Positions 1-8,772 of a DNA stretch of 53,132 nucleotides are shown here, in pieces (position 1 is the first letter of the stretch; each line of letters opens with the position of its first letter). Under the pieces are notes generated by a model. That model was not told where the DNA came from and ran no database searches. It saw only the letters and a list, made by a program, of their open reading frames with translations. This DNA comes from an uncultured Clostridium sp. (lineage in GTDB: Bacteria; Bacillota; Clostridia; TANB77; CAG-508): NCBI GenBank assembly GCA_947648765.1, contig CANSOY010000004.1, positions 1 to 53,132 on the forward strand, in the 5' to 3' direction. Made by a program: the position numbers and the translations under genes.

Positions 1-979
1 TTGTTGAAGTAGATAATCTCATATTTCCATCATAGGTATATGCCACAATAGAGAAGGTTCCATCTAATTCTATTTTGAAGGTTGTTCCATTATCTATCTC
101 AATTTCTGGTGTATCGATTTCTCCTATATGGAACTCCCTATTTCCAATGATACCCTCACTCATTGCGGTTCCTTTTACACGGTAGGTTACTCTGGTTAAT
201 CCTGTATCGGTTCCGAGTACACGGATTGTTATATTACTTGTATACCAGTTATTTAATCCCATATTCCCACTGGCTACACTGACTGTTACTCCATTTCCTG
301 GTGTTGTTTCTTTTTCTATTTTTAGCCACATCACTACTGCATTGGATTTATTTCCATACACATCATAAGCATAGGCTGTTAGGGTATATTCTCCATTTTT
401 CGTAAAGGTTAGTGTTCCACCATTTTCAATATCTATTTCACGAACTAAGCCACTTGGATAAAGTTCGTCATTGATTTCTGGTACAGTAGTTGTTAACACA
501 TATTTTATTCTTTGTGTTTTATCTTGGGTTAGAATTTGTGCTGTTACATCACTACGATAGAAACTTGCTGCTATTTGCTCTCCATCAAGTACTCTGATGG
601 TTGGGTCTTGTGCTGTTTCTCCAGATATTTCTCCCCCTGCTTGGTTATTCTTATTCGGATTTATGATAGTACCACCTTGGGAGTTATTGCTTCCACCTTG
701 TCCGCCAGAGTTAGTTTGTCCCCCTTGGTTGGTGTGTGTTCCGTTTTCTCCTCCCTCAGAGCCTCCTCCTGTATCGGTTCCTGGTATAATCCCTATTCCA
801 CTATACAAGCCGTTGTCTTTTAACTCATTTTGCAGTTGTGCTAGTTGAGCATTATCATAGGTTGTTTCGTTCGTTACTAGGTTCTTTGTTTCTTTTGCTT
901 GTAAGATTATTCCATTTTCCCCTATGACTGCATTGAGCGTTATGCCTGCTAAGATTATCAGTACGACTATTGTTACTAG
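1..979 (-). CDS. Large surface protein with a pilin-like hydrophobic N-terminus; 5' end missing, runs off the left edge
   Basis: Not in the ORF track. Frame read by hand from 979 leftwards: LVTIVVLIILAGITLNAVIGENGIILQAKETK..., a Gly/Asn-rich linker, then beta-rich repeats (GEYTLTAYAYDVYGNKS). In-frame TGA at 980-982 directly upstream, no start codon or G|xTLxx prepilin leader. Confidence 0.7.
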
Positions 980-1032
980 TCATACCTTAATATATGGTTT
1001 TCTAGTCCTATTTCTTTCCAAAAAGACCACAT

Positions 1033-1080
1033 AAAACAAACAGACAAATGGTTATCGTTTTCCATTTGTCTGTTTGTTTT
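1033..1080. terminator. Intrinsic terminator hairpin downstream of the MATE gene
   Basis: aaaacaaacagacaaatgg ... ccatttgtctgtttgtttt inverted repeat with A/T tails. Confidence 0.8.
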
Positions 1081-1094
1081 TTTCTTTATTCTTT

Positions 1095-3098
1095 TTATTG
1101 TAATATGGCTTGTTTTTCTTTTACCATTTGGCAGATAAAATCTGCTGCTTTTTCTACTCCAAGTGTATCACTGTTTATACATACATCGTAGTTTTCTGGA
1201 TTTCTCCAATCCTTTTCGGTATAGTGCTTATAATGGTTTTCACGCATTTTGTCGATACGTTTCATTTCTTTTTCTGCCTTTTCTTTGTCCATACCATAGA
1301 ACTTCGTTGCTCGTTTTATTTTATCTTCTAAATTGCTGTAAACAAATACTTTGATTACATTTTTCTTATCTTTTAGGATATGGTCTGCACAACGTCCGAT
1401 GATAACACAAGACTCTTGTGCTGCCACTTGCTTAATCATTTCGGACTCTTTCAAAAATAACTCATCTGCATTGCTAAGTCCAAAATAGTAGCCATTATCT
1501 AGGCTAGATAGTGCTTCTCTTTTTTGCTCGTTGTTTTCAATATATTCTTCGGATAATCCGGTTTCTTCTGCTACTTTGGTAATGAAGTCTTTATCATAAA
1601 GTTTAATTCCCAAACGGTCTGCAATGAGTCTTCCAATATACCTTCCACCAGAACCATATTCTCTCGATATAGTAATGACAATTTGTTTTTCTAGTTGATT
1701 ATCTGTACTGGTATCATCAATTAAGGCTTGACTTGGCAATTTTCTTCTACCGAGTGCTTTTAATTCAAAGAATAAGAAAACACAGGCAAGTAGGAAGGAA
1801 ATACCATCTGCAACTGGTCCTGCATACAAAATTCCTTGTAAGCCAAACAAATACCCAAAGGTTAGCATGGATGGAATGAGGAATAGGATTTGTCGGGATA
1901 AGGATAAGATCGCACTCTTGATACTTTTTCCGATTGCTTGGAAGAAGATACCGGATGGAATTTGAATTCCATTGCAAATACATAGCATTAAGTAGATACG
2001 GAATGCCATACAAGCAAATTCCATATAGTTTTCGTCCCCACTACCAAAAATGGAAATGAGAACTTCTGGAATGGTTTGGAATAGGATAAAGGCGATTGTG
2101 CTGATGATAAGACTTAGTCCCAGCACCGTTTTCAAAGTTTTACGAACACGGTCAAACTTTTCTGCCCCATAGTTATATCCAATGATTGGTTGTGCTCCTG
2201 CTGCAATTCCTATGATAACACTATTCAGAATTTGGCTAATCTTCATAACAATTCCAATAACTGTGATTGGAATTTCAGAACCGAATTTTGTTTCTGCTCC
2301 ATATTTGACAAGTAGGTTATTCTCCACTGCCATTACAACAACGAAACTCATTTGCGTAATAAAACTGCTAACACCTAGCATAGCAACTTTTCTAGCTACT
2401 CTGAATTGCACTTTCCACTCTTTTTTCGTAATTTGAATGGAACGGAATTTACGAATGGAAAAAATGTTCATCATAAAGGTAACAAACTGGCTAAGAATGG
2501 TTGCAATCGCTGCTCCTTGAATTCCCCATTTGAATACAAAGATAAAAAGTGGGTCTAATAGGATATTGCAGACTGCACCAATTACCATCGATGCCATTGC
2601 ATATTTTGGATTTCCATCTGCACGGATAATGGAATTTAGTGTAGTTCCAATCATCATGAAAGGAAGTCCAATTCCAATGATATAGCCATAATCCAAGGCT
2701 AAATCTCTTAGATTATCTGTGCAGCCAAAAAGATTAACAAGTTGTGGCAAGAAAGCAAGTACAATCACACAAAATATGGTTGCAATGATAACCGATAAAA
2801 GAATTCCATTGGCAACACCTTTGCTGGCTTCTTCTTTCTTCTTCTCTCCCAATTTCAAACTCATATAGGCGGATGAGCCATCTCCAAACATGAGGGCAAA
2901 GGCAAGACACACCATCGTAAGCGGGAATACAACATTGGTTGCTCCATTTCCTAAATAGTTGACACCCCAACCAATAAAAATTTGGTCTACAATGTTATAT
3001 AACGCGTTTACCACAAGAGAAATGATACATGGGATTGAGAATTTTTTGATTAGTGTTCCTATCTTCTCATGTCCTAAAATATTTTCTTCGTTTTCCAT
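1095..3098 (-). CDS. MATE family efflux transporter (MepA-like) fused to a C-terminal cytidylate-kinase-like domain
   Basis: LYNIVDQIFIG, NILLDPLFIF..GIQGAAIAT and QPIIGYNYGA MATE motifs; C-terminal VITISREYGSGGRYIG...CVIIGRCAD...YDVCINS. Confidence 0.92.
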   Translation of the reverse strand: MENEENILGHEKIGTLIKKFSIPCIISLVVNALYNIVDQIFIGWGVNYLGNGATNVVFPLTMVCLAFALMFGDGSSAYMSLKLGEKKKEEASKGVANGILLSVIIATIFCVIVLAFLPQLVNLFGCTDNLRDLALDYGYIIGIGLPFMMIGTTLNSIIRADGNPKYAMASMVIGAVCNILLDPLFIFVFKWGIQGAAIATILSQFVTFMMNIFSIRKFRSIQITKKEWKVQFRVARKVAMLGVSSFITQMSFVVVMAVENNLLVKYGAETKFGSEIPITVIGIVMKISQILNSVIIGIAAGAQPIIGYNYGAEKFDRVRKTLKTVLGLSLIISTIAFILFQTIPEVLISIFGSGDENYMEFACMAFRIYLMLCICNGIQIPSGIFFQAIGKSIKSAILSLSRQILFLIPSMLTFGYLFGLQGILYAGPVADGISFLLACVFLFFELKALGRRKLPSQALIDDTSTDNQLEKQIVITISREYGSGGRYIGRLIADRLGIKLYDKDFITKVAEETGLSEEYIENNEQKREALSSLDNGYYFGLSNADELFLKESEMIKQVAAQESCVIIGRCADHILKDKKNVIKVFVYSNLEDKIKRATKFYGMDKEKAEKEMKRIDKMRENHYKHYTEKDWRNPENYDVCINSDTLGVEKAADFICQMVKEKQAILQ

Positions 3099-3119
3099 AA
3101 TTTCTCCTTTCGTTCATAT

Positions 3120-3192
3120 TAAAAAACAACACCTCTAACTTGTGTTGTTTCTCTATTGATAGGCATTTTCTGCCTTTTTTAGCGACCTAACT
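3120..3192 (-). promoter_or_regulatory. Leader of the MATE gene: small hairpin followed by an intrinsic terminator (candidate attenuator or riboswitch)
   Basis: Minus strand reads AGTTAGGTCGCT-A6-GGCAGAAAATGCC-TATCAATAGAG-AAACAACAC-AAGTTAGAG-GTGTTGTTT-TTT between the promoter and the RBS. Confidence 0.5.
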
Positions 3193-3221
3193 ATTATATC
3201 TCTCTTTTTTCTTAGTGTCAA
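3193..3221 (-). promoter_or_regulatory. Consensus sigma-A promoter for the MATE gene
   Basis: TTGACA (3221-3216), 17-nt spacer, TATAAT (3198-3193). Confidence 0.85.
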
Positions 3222-3275
3222 GCCATATCTCTGCATTTTTTTGGTTTGGTTCTAAAAAAGATAGCAATTTTTTTG

Positions 3276-3407
3276 CTATCTTTTCTCTTTTTCTTCTAGG
3301 TCTTCCATGTATTTTACCCCTAGTTCATAATTTTCTTGTAGTTCTTCTTTGTGTTCTTGTGCGGTTTGTTCTTTTTTCTTTTCCACACATTTTTTCTTTT
3401 CATCCAT
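3276..3407 (-). CDS. Small charged protein, 43 aa (MDEKKKCVEKKKEQTAQEHKEELQENYELGVKYMEDLEEKEKR)
   Basis: Below the ORF-track cutoff. RBS AAAGGAGG 10 nt before ATG; terminator-like hairpin aaaagatagcaa...ttgctatctttt overlaps the stop. Confidence 0.6.
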   Translation of the reverse strand: MDEKKKCVEKKKEQTAQEHKEELQENYELGVKYMEDLEEKEKR

Positions 3408-3453
3408 ACCGTTTACGCCTCCTTTAGCGTTAGTATGAACCATTTTTCTCGTT

Positions 3454-3945
3454 TTATTGCACGGAAACTACTTTTATGCAATTTCCATGTTTTCTACATA
3501 TCTTTTGAAAATCTTCTTGCTGTAAGAAAACAGTCGCTGTGTTTTCATTCGGATGTACACCAATTTGTGCAAACTGCAAAATGTCTGCATCCATTACCAC
3601 GGTTACTTTTCCCTCTTTATCTTGCAATAGTCCAAGTGGTGTTACCGAGCCCTTTTGTAATCCTAAATATTTTTCCAAATCCGCTTCACTAGCAAAAGAA
3701 AGTGGTCTACTTTGCAACTGCTGGCGTAATTCCTTCAAGCATACTTGTTTATCTTTTTGTAAAAGGACAAGATAATATTCTTTCTTTTTATCGTCACGTA
3801 GGAATAAATTCTTAATGACCCATTCCTGCTGTGGTAAATGAAGTGCTTCCATTTCTTCAATGGTATAAACTGGCTTATGTTCAATTTTGGTATAGGTAAT
3901 TTGCATTTCTTCTAATTGTTTATATACTTCTTCTTTTTGTCCCAT
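3454..3945 (-). CDS. YbaK/ProX-family prolyl-tRNA editing protein (PrdX-like)
   Basis: HKPVYTIEE, KNLFLRDDKK, LSFAS, GSVTPLGLL, GVHPNENTATV motifs; start placed at MGQKEE. Confidence 0.9.
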   Translation of the reverse strand: MGQKEEVYKQLEEMQITYTKIEHKPVYTIEEMEALHLPQQEWVIKNLFLRDDKKKEYYLVLLQKDKQVCLKELRQQLQSRPLSFASEADLEKYLGLQKGSVTPLGLLQDKEGKVTVVMDADILQFAQIGVHPNENTATVFLQQEDFQKICRKHGNCIKVVSVQ

Positions 3946-4045
3946 TTGCTCCCTCTTCTTCCGCAAAGGGAGCAAACCATGTAGTTTGCCCCCTTTTTTT
4001 GCGTTTTTCGGTTAAATTCTTATCCGATTTTGGTATGGTTGTTGT

Positions 4046-5023
4046 TTATTGGTAGGAAAGTTTCCTCAAAAACTGGAGTGTCATGCCCTCAGCGGTGGAC
4101 TTTCTTCCCCTCTTGAGTTCCAAGAACGGAGTTACCTGAAGGTTCATACCGCCACACATGGTGCAGACGTCGGTCGTTCTCAAGTAATCCTCCAATTCCT
4201 CATCGGAAACAGGGTTGACGTACATCGTTGCCACATCGGTCTTGCAGATTTCCTCCACAATCTCGCCGTTCTCGATAACGAGTACAGCATTTCCGACATA
4301 GGCCTCGATTTCATGCCCCATCATGGAGCGGATGGTTTCCCTTGCCTCGTCCACGTTCTTCGGCTTGCCAAACGGAAGGCCATTGTAGACAAGGTTCTGG
4401 TCCGCAGCGACCAAGATGCGGTCGCCCATTTCCTCGGTTCTCTCCTTGCCCTGAAGAACTTTGCGTCTGGCAATATCCTCGTACTGTGCTTTCAAACTCA
4501 AGGTTTCGTCCGGCGTTTCGTCTACGTCAACCGGACACACAGAAAACGGGATGCCAGCGTCCTCCAATGTCTTTCTCCTGTATTTGGACTTGGATGTCAA
4601 AACAACAGGAAGAGCCTGTCTTGCGAAAATCTTCTGGAAGCCCTTGGTGATGTCTGCCATATCCTTGTAGAAAATGACAGCCCTTGCAAGGCCTCCAATG
4701 GTGCTGGAAATGTCCGAGCCCTCTTTGGCAATCAGGTAAATCGGAACGCCAGCGCGGTAGCAGTAGCCTGCGCCGACACCAAGGCCCACGCCCTTCTCAG
4801 AGAACTCAACAACGAGCATATCGCTCTTCTCCATGCGAGGGAACGCATAGTCCGGCATCAACGCGTCGGACGGCAAATGGATCTTGCCCCAGTCTTCCAC
4901 GTCGCGGATGAGTACGCAGTTGTCGATACCAGCTCCTTTCAGTGCCTCTGTGATGTCTTGGATGATTTGCTTGGTCTTGTCCCCTTCGTAGAACTTGATG
5001 GACATGAATGCTTTTTTCTCCAT
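4046..5023 (-). CDS. Fusion of a nucleoside 2-deoxyribosyltransferase-like domain and a Maf-family nucleotide pyrophosphatase
   Basis: N-terminal KAFMSIKF...SDMLVVEFSEKGVGLGVGAG...PIYLIA; C-terminal VVLTSKSKYRR..L..AGIPF...DVDE...ILVAADQ...FGKPKNVDEARETI. Visibly more GC-rich than its neighbours. Confidence 0.72.
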   Translation of the reverse strand: MEKKAFMSIKFYEGDKTKQIIQDITEALKGAGIDNCVLIRDVEDWGKIHLPSDALMPDYAFPRMEKSDMLVVEFSEKGVGLGVGAGYCYRAGVPIYLIAKEGSDISSTIGGLARAVIFYKDMADITKGFQKIFARQALPVVLTSKSKYRRKTLEDAGIPFSVCPVDVDETPDETLSLKAQYEDIARRKVLQGKERTEEMGDRILVAADQNLVYNGLPFGKPKNVDEARETIRSMMGHEIEAYVGNAVLVIENGEIVEEICKTDVATMYVNPVSDEELEDYLRTTDVCTMCGGMNLQVTPFLELKRGRKSTAEGMTLQFLRKLSYQ

Positions 5024-5143
5024 ACTTTACCTCCTAAACATTGAGATAGCCCTATTATATCAAGTTTGCTTCAAAAAGCAACATTTTTCGGAAAATTCCT
5101 AAAAAAATCGGGTGGGGAAGTCCCCACCCTTTGCTTGGTTTGC

Positions 5144-5482
5144 TCATTGAAAGTTGAAGATTTGCAAAATCTCTGCTCTTGTGTTTTGCATACACTGCCA
5201 CAGTCGCTTCTGCTTAGAAACCTGTAAAATTCGATACATTTTTTGAAAGTCCTTTGGATTTCCCAAGGCAAACTGGTAGAAAGCCTTGTACAATCTTGGT
5301 TCGGAAATGTCGGGATAGTCCCAGTCTTCGCCTGCGTCCCACACTACTTTCCGACCGTTATTTTCAATCAAATAGATTTGTTCTACCATTCCATCTTGAT
5401 TGACAAAGAACTTCATTTGATCAATTTCTCCAGGTTCTTCTGCGTCTGGCGGCTTCATTCGGAATACTCTCCAATTTGCCAC
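5144..5482 (-). CDS. Hypothetical protein
   Basis: ORF with GTG start after AAAGGAAAGG; no recognisable family; contains an in-frame CGG at 5351-5353. Confidence 0.45.
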   Translation of the reverse strand: MANWRVFRMKPPDAEEPGEIDQMKFFVNQDGMVEQIYLIENNGRKVVWDAGEDWDYPDISEPRLYKAFYQFALGNPKDFQKMYRILQVSKQKRLWQCMQNTRAEILQIFNFQ

Positions 5483-5699
5483 AGTATCTACCTTTCCTTT
5501 CTCAAACCGCATGCTGCCACTCTCCGAAGAGATGTTGTGCTGTCCAATTATATCATATTTTTGGCATTTTGTATAGTTTTCTTTCGACAACTTTCGTGCT
5601 TCTTTTTAGCAACTTTCTTTTTTTCTTGCAATCGCATTGACTTTTTCCATTATTTTCCGTATCGTATGTTTGTCCGCCCTTCGAAAAGAGGTGATTAAA

Positions 5700-5762
5700 A
5701 TGGACCGAGTAATTAAATTATTGGTACTCGTTATTCTATATCTTATCTTACGTTTGTTTTGA
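5700..5762 (+). CDS. Putative type I toxin, 20-aa hydrophobic peptide MDRVIKLLVLVILYLILRLF
   Basis: Promoter TTGACT-17-TATCGT (5637-5665); RBS AAAGAGGTGA partly paired with upstream cgccctt; single hydrophobic helix; followed by a bidirectional terminator. Confidence 0.7.
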   Translation: MDRVIKLLVLVILYLILRLF

Positions 5763-5772
5763 TAAGTACATA

Positions 5773-5809
5773 GAAAAAAGACTAGAGGTAACGACTCTAG
5801 TCTTTTTTT
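5773..5809. terminator. Bidirectional terminator between the putative toxin and antitoxin transcripts
   Basis: aaaaaagactagag-gtaacga-ctctagtcttttttt. Confidence 0.85.
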
Positions 5810-5901
5810 GTCCTTTTTTGATTTGAATGAACCGAGATTTTCAAATCATAGTTCTCGTTATTGGATAAGGGAGTGGAACACGCGGGTGTTTCCCTTTATC
5901 T
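5773..5901 (-). ncRNA. Putative antisense antitoxin sRNA
   Basis: Minus-strand promoter TTGCTT-17-TATGAT (5936-5908); internal hairpin near 5863-5903; about 5826-5861 is an imperfect direct repeat of the toxin start region, so the RNA would pair with the toxin mRNA. Confidence 0.6.
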
Positions 5902-5955
5902 ATTGCTATCATACCATGCTTTTTTGAAAAAAGCAATACTTTATCCAAATTTTTC

Positions 5956-7272
5956 CTATTTTATATGTCCAATCAGGTCATATTCTTCTACTTGGTCAAT
6001 TTGAACAGGATAGAATTTTCCCAGTGTAACCTCACGGTCTGCTTTTACCCAAATGTAGCCATCGATTTCTGGTACATCCATATAACTTCTGCCGACATAA
6101 TATTTGCCATCATAGGATTTTGCTTCGATTAGCACTTCGTGCTCTTGCCCAATTTTCTTGGCTAGATTTTCCTTGGAAATCTGCTTTTGTAATTCCATTA
6201 TCTTACGATAACGGCTTTTTTTCGTTGCTGGATGCACTTGGTTTGGTAATCGTTCAGCTGGTGTATTTTCCTCTTTGGAATACGCAAATGCTCCCATTTT
6301 ATCGATCTTAGCCGTTTCGACAAATTCCTGTAATTGTGCAAAGTCTTCTTGGGTTTCTCCTGGAAATCCTACCATAACCGTCGTACGAATGATAACATCT
6401 GGAATTTCCTGACGGAGTTTTTGGAATAGAGCTTGGATACTCTTTCCATTACTCTTACGGTTCATACGTTTTAATACTGGGTCTGCAATATGTTGGATTG
6501 GAATATCCCAGTAATGGCAAACTTTTGGATTGTTTTTCATCACTTGGATTAACTCGTCTGTGATGGTTTCTGGATACGCATAGAGAAAACGGATCCAGTG
6601 AACGCCATCAATTTTGCTAATTTGTTCGATTAGTTCGGCCAGTTTCGGCTCTCCATAAAGGTCTACTCCATATTTCGTGGTATCTTGTGCGATTAAAATG
6701 ATTTCTTGGTAGCCATCTTTGGCATATTGCTTTGTTTCTGCTAAGATGTCCTCCATCGTTCTACTCACAAAAGGGCCTCGTATGGACGGTATCGCACAAT
6801 AGGTGCAATGGTTGCTACATCCTTCTGCAATACGGACATAGACAAAATTATCCCCAGTTGAAATGACACGATTGGTAAATTCTAATTTCTGCTTTTTTTC
6901 TTGGATTGGTTCGATCACGGTTTTCACTTGCTCCCAAAAGGTGTCATACTCTTGAAATTTAATCCATAAGTCTACTTCTGGAATTTCTTTTTCGAGTTCT
7001 GTCTTGTATCTTTGCACTAAACAGCCCATGACGATGAGCACTTGGCATTTTTTCTTTTTGTATTCTGCCATTTCTAAGATAGTCTGAATTGCCTCTTCTT
7101 TGGCACTTTCAATAAAGCCACAAGTATTGACCAGTAAAATGTCTGCCTGTTCGGCTTCTGTTACCAGTTCAAATCCGTTTTCACGAAAAAGACCGATTAC
7201 CATTTCGGTATCCACTAAATTTTTGCTACATCCTAGCGAGATAACACCAAATTTTTTCAGTTGCTGTTTCAT
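5956..7272 (-). CDS. rimO: Ribosomal protein S12 methylthiotransferase RimO
   Basis: SLGCSKNLVDTE, NTCGFIESAKEE, IAEGCSNHCTYCAIP radical-SAM motif, C-terminal TRAM domain with PEIDG. Confidence 0.95.
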   Translation of the reverse strand: MKQQLKKFGVISLGCSKNLVDTEMVIGLFRENGFELVTEAEQADILLVNTCGFIESAKEEAIQTILEMAEYKKKKCQVLIVMGCLVQRYKTELEKEIPEVDLWIKFQEYDTFWEQVKTVIEPIQEKKQKLEFTNRVISTGDNFVYVRIAEGCSNHCTYCAIPSIRGPFVSRTMEDILAETKQYAKDGYQEIILIAQDTTKYGVDLYGEPKLAELIEQISKIDGVHWIRFLYAYPETITDELIQVMKNNPKVCHYWDIPIQHIADPVLKRMNRKSNGKSIQALFQKLRQEIPDVIIRTTVMVGFPGETQEDFAQLQEFVETAKIDKMGAFAYSKEENTPAERLPNQVHPATKKSRYRKIMELQKQISKENLAKKIGQEHEVLIEAKSYDGKYYVGRSYMDVPEIDGYIWVKADREVTLGKFYPVQIDQVEEYDLIGHIK

Positions 7273-7273
7273 C

Positions 7274-8530
7274 TTATCCTCCGACTACTATTTTTTCAAT
7301 CCATTCTAAGGCTTCTTTCATTTGTGTATATCTTGCTTTTTCTCCTTCATCTGTTGGTGTTTCTTTGTAACTTTCCACTTTGTTTCGTAAATCTACATAT
7401 TCAAAACGTGGGCTTGCACTTTTTCCATAATCCATTGCATAAATTGGAACATAGTCAATCTGTTGAAGGTAAACAGAACCGTCCACATCCGACCTACGAA
7501 GTTCTACTTTGAGCACCAATTCTACTTTCGTATGTGGGTCTGTAGTGTTGAGCATATAGTTACCAAGTGAATAGGCAACAAATACATTTTTTCCTTCTCG
7601 GTTTTTCTTGACTTCCATTTGTTGCACATAGTTGGAGTGATTTCCAATAATCATATCGGCACCTGCTGCTACTAATTCGTCTGCTAAATTGGTTTCCTTG
7701 GTGCTTGCATAGGATTGGTTTAAGCCAGACCAGTGCATGAAAACAATAACATAATCTGCATTTTTCTTGGCTTCTGCAATATCTGCTTGTGCTCGCTCAT
7801 AGCGGTAATATGGCACATTTTCAATCCCTGTGCCTACCCCATTTTGCAAGTAACTTAGCACCGCGATTTTGAATCTGCCTGATTGATAAATACGTGCTGT
7901 ACTTTCTTCTAAGGTATCTCCAACAACGGTTAATCCTTTGTTTTTCCAATAATTCTTGGTTTCAGCAAGACCAACTGCTCCATAATCATAGGCATGGTCG
8001 GTTGCAATATTCACAATATCTAAGCCCATATCTGCCCAATCGTCTGCAAATTCGGTTGGGCTGTTATTCTTTGCACCAGAAGTATAGTCTTGCTTGGTAA
8101 AGTTGGTTTCTATGGTTCCCATCGCAATGTCTGCATCTTTTACTAAATCTGCAATGTTCGCAAACATTCGCTTAAATTCGTATTGATGGGTTGTGCTACT
8201 GTATGAGTCGCTAATTTGCTCTGTGGTACAATAAATATCTCCTAAAATGGTTAGGCGAAGACGGTTTGCTTCATCGATTTGTTCTCCTGCTTCTCCTCCA
8301 TTTCCATCTTTTGCTTGATAAATTTGTTGGAATTTATGGTTCAGTTCTTCCGTTTGTTTTACTAATTTATTCATTTCACTTGTACTACGCAAGGACGTGT
8401 AGGCAAGGACTGCAATAACCGCAATTAAAACACCCAAAAGGGCAAAAAAAGTTTTTTGATTGATATAATCAAAAAGTCTAATTCGGTATCTTCTTCGATT
8501 TCTTCGATCTCTAGTCATTTTTATCACCAT
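7274..8530 (-). CDS. CapA/PGA_cap family metallophosphoesterase-like membrane protein
   Basis: N-terminal TM; GDI, ADIAMGTIET, DIVNIATDHAYDYG, VFMHW, GADMIIGNHSNYVQ, AYSLGN motifs. Confidence 0.85.
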   Translation of the reverse strand: MVIKMTRDRRNRRRYRIRLFDYINQKTFFALLGVLIAVIAVLAYTSLRSTSEMNKLVKQTEELNHKFQQIYQAKDGNGGEAGEQIDEANRLRLTILGDIYCTTEQISDSYSSTTHQYEFKRMFANIADLVKDADIAMGTIETNFTKQDYTSGAKNNSPTEFADDWADMGLDIVNIATDHAYDYGAVGLAETKNYWKNKGLTVVGDTLEESTARIYQSGRFKIAVLSYLQNGVGTGIENVPYYRYERAQADIAEAKKNADYVIVFMHWSGLNQSYASTKETNLADELVAAGADMIIGNHSNYVQQMEVKKNREGKNVFVAYSLGNYMLNTTDPHTKVELVLKVELRRSDVDGSVYLQQIDYVPIYAMDYGKSASPRFEYVDLRNKVESYKETPTDEGEKARYTQMKEALEWIEKIVVGG

Positions 8531-8772
8531 TTTAACTTTATCACAAAAACGAGTTTCTGTAAATAAACAATGGATGATTTCACATCAGAAATTTCAAAAA
8601 AATTACATTTTCGTAAATCTTACATAGAAATTTGGCTTCGGTAGAAAAATAAAAAGAAAAATGGTCTTGAATTTTACTTTATCTTCGGATAAAATAGATG
8701 ATGTAGTATCAAATACTAGATAATACGAATATGTTATCTTGTATGTTCTTTACAGGAAAGAAGGTGCTTTTA

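Noticed and set aside
536-848. Two short plus-strand ORFs
   Set aside because: Antisense to the long minus-strand pilin-like frame.
3946-3975. In-frame CGG in ORF-track N-terminal extensions (also near 5508 and 25345)
   Set aside because: These lie upstream of the more plausible start codons, so they are probably not translated.
4049-5044. 331-aa plus-strand ORF
   Set aside because: Codon-aligned antisense shadow of the GC-richer NDT-Maf gene; no motifs or RBS.
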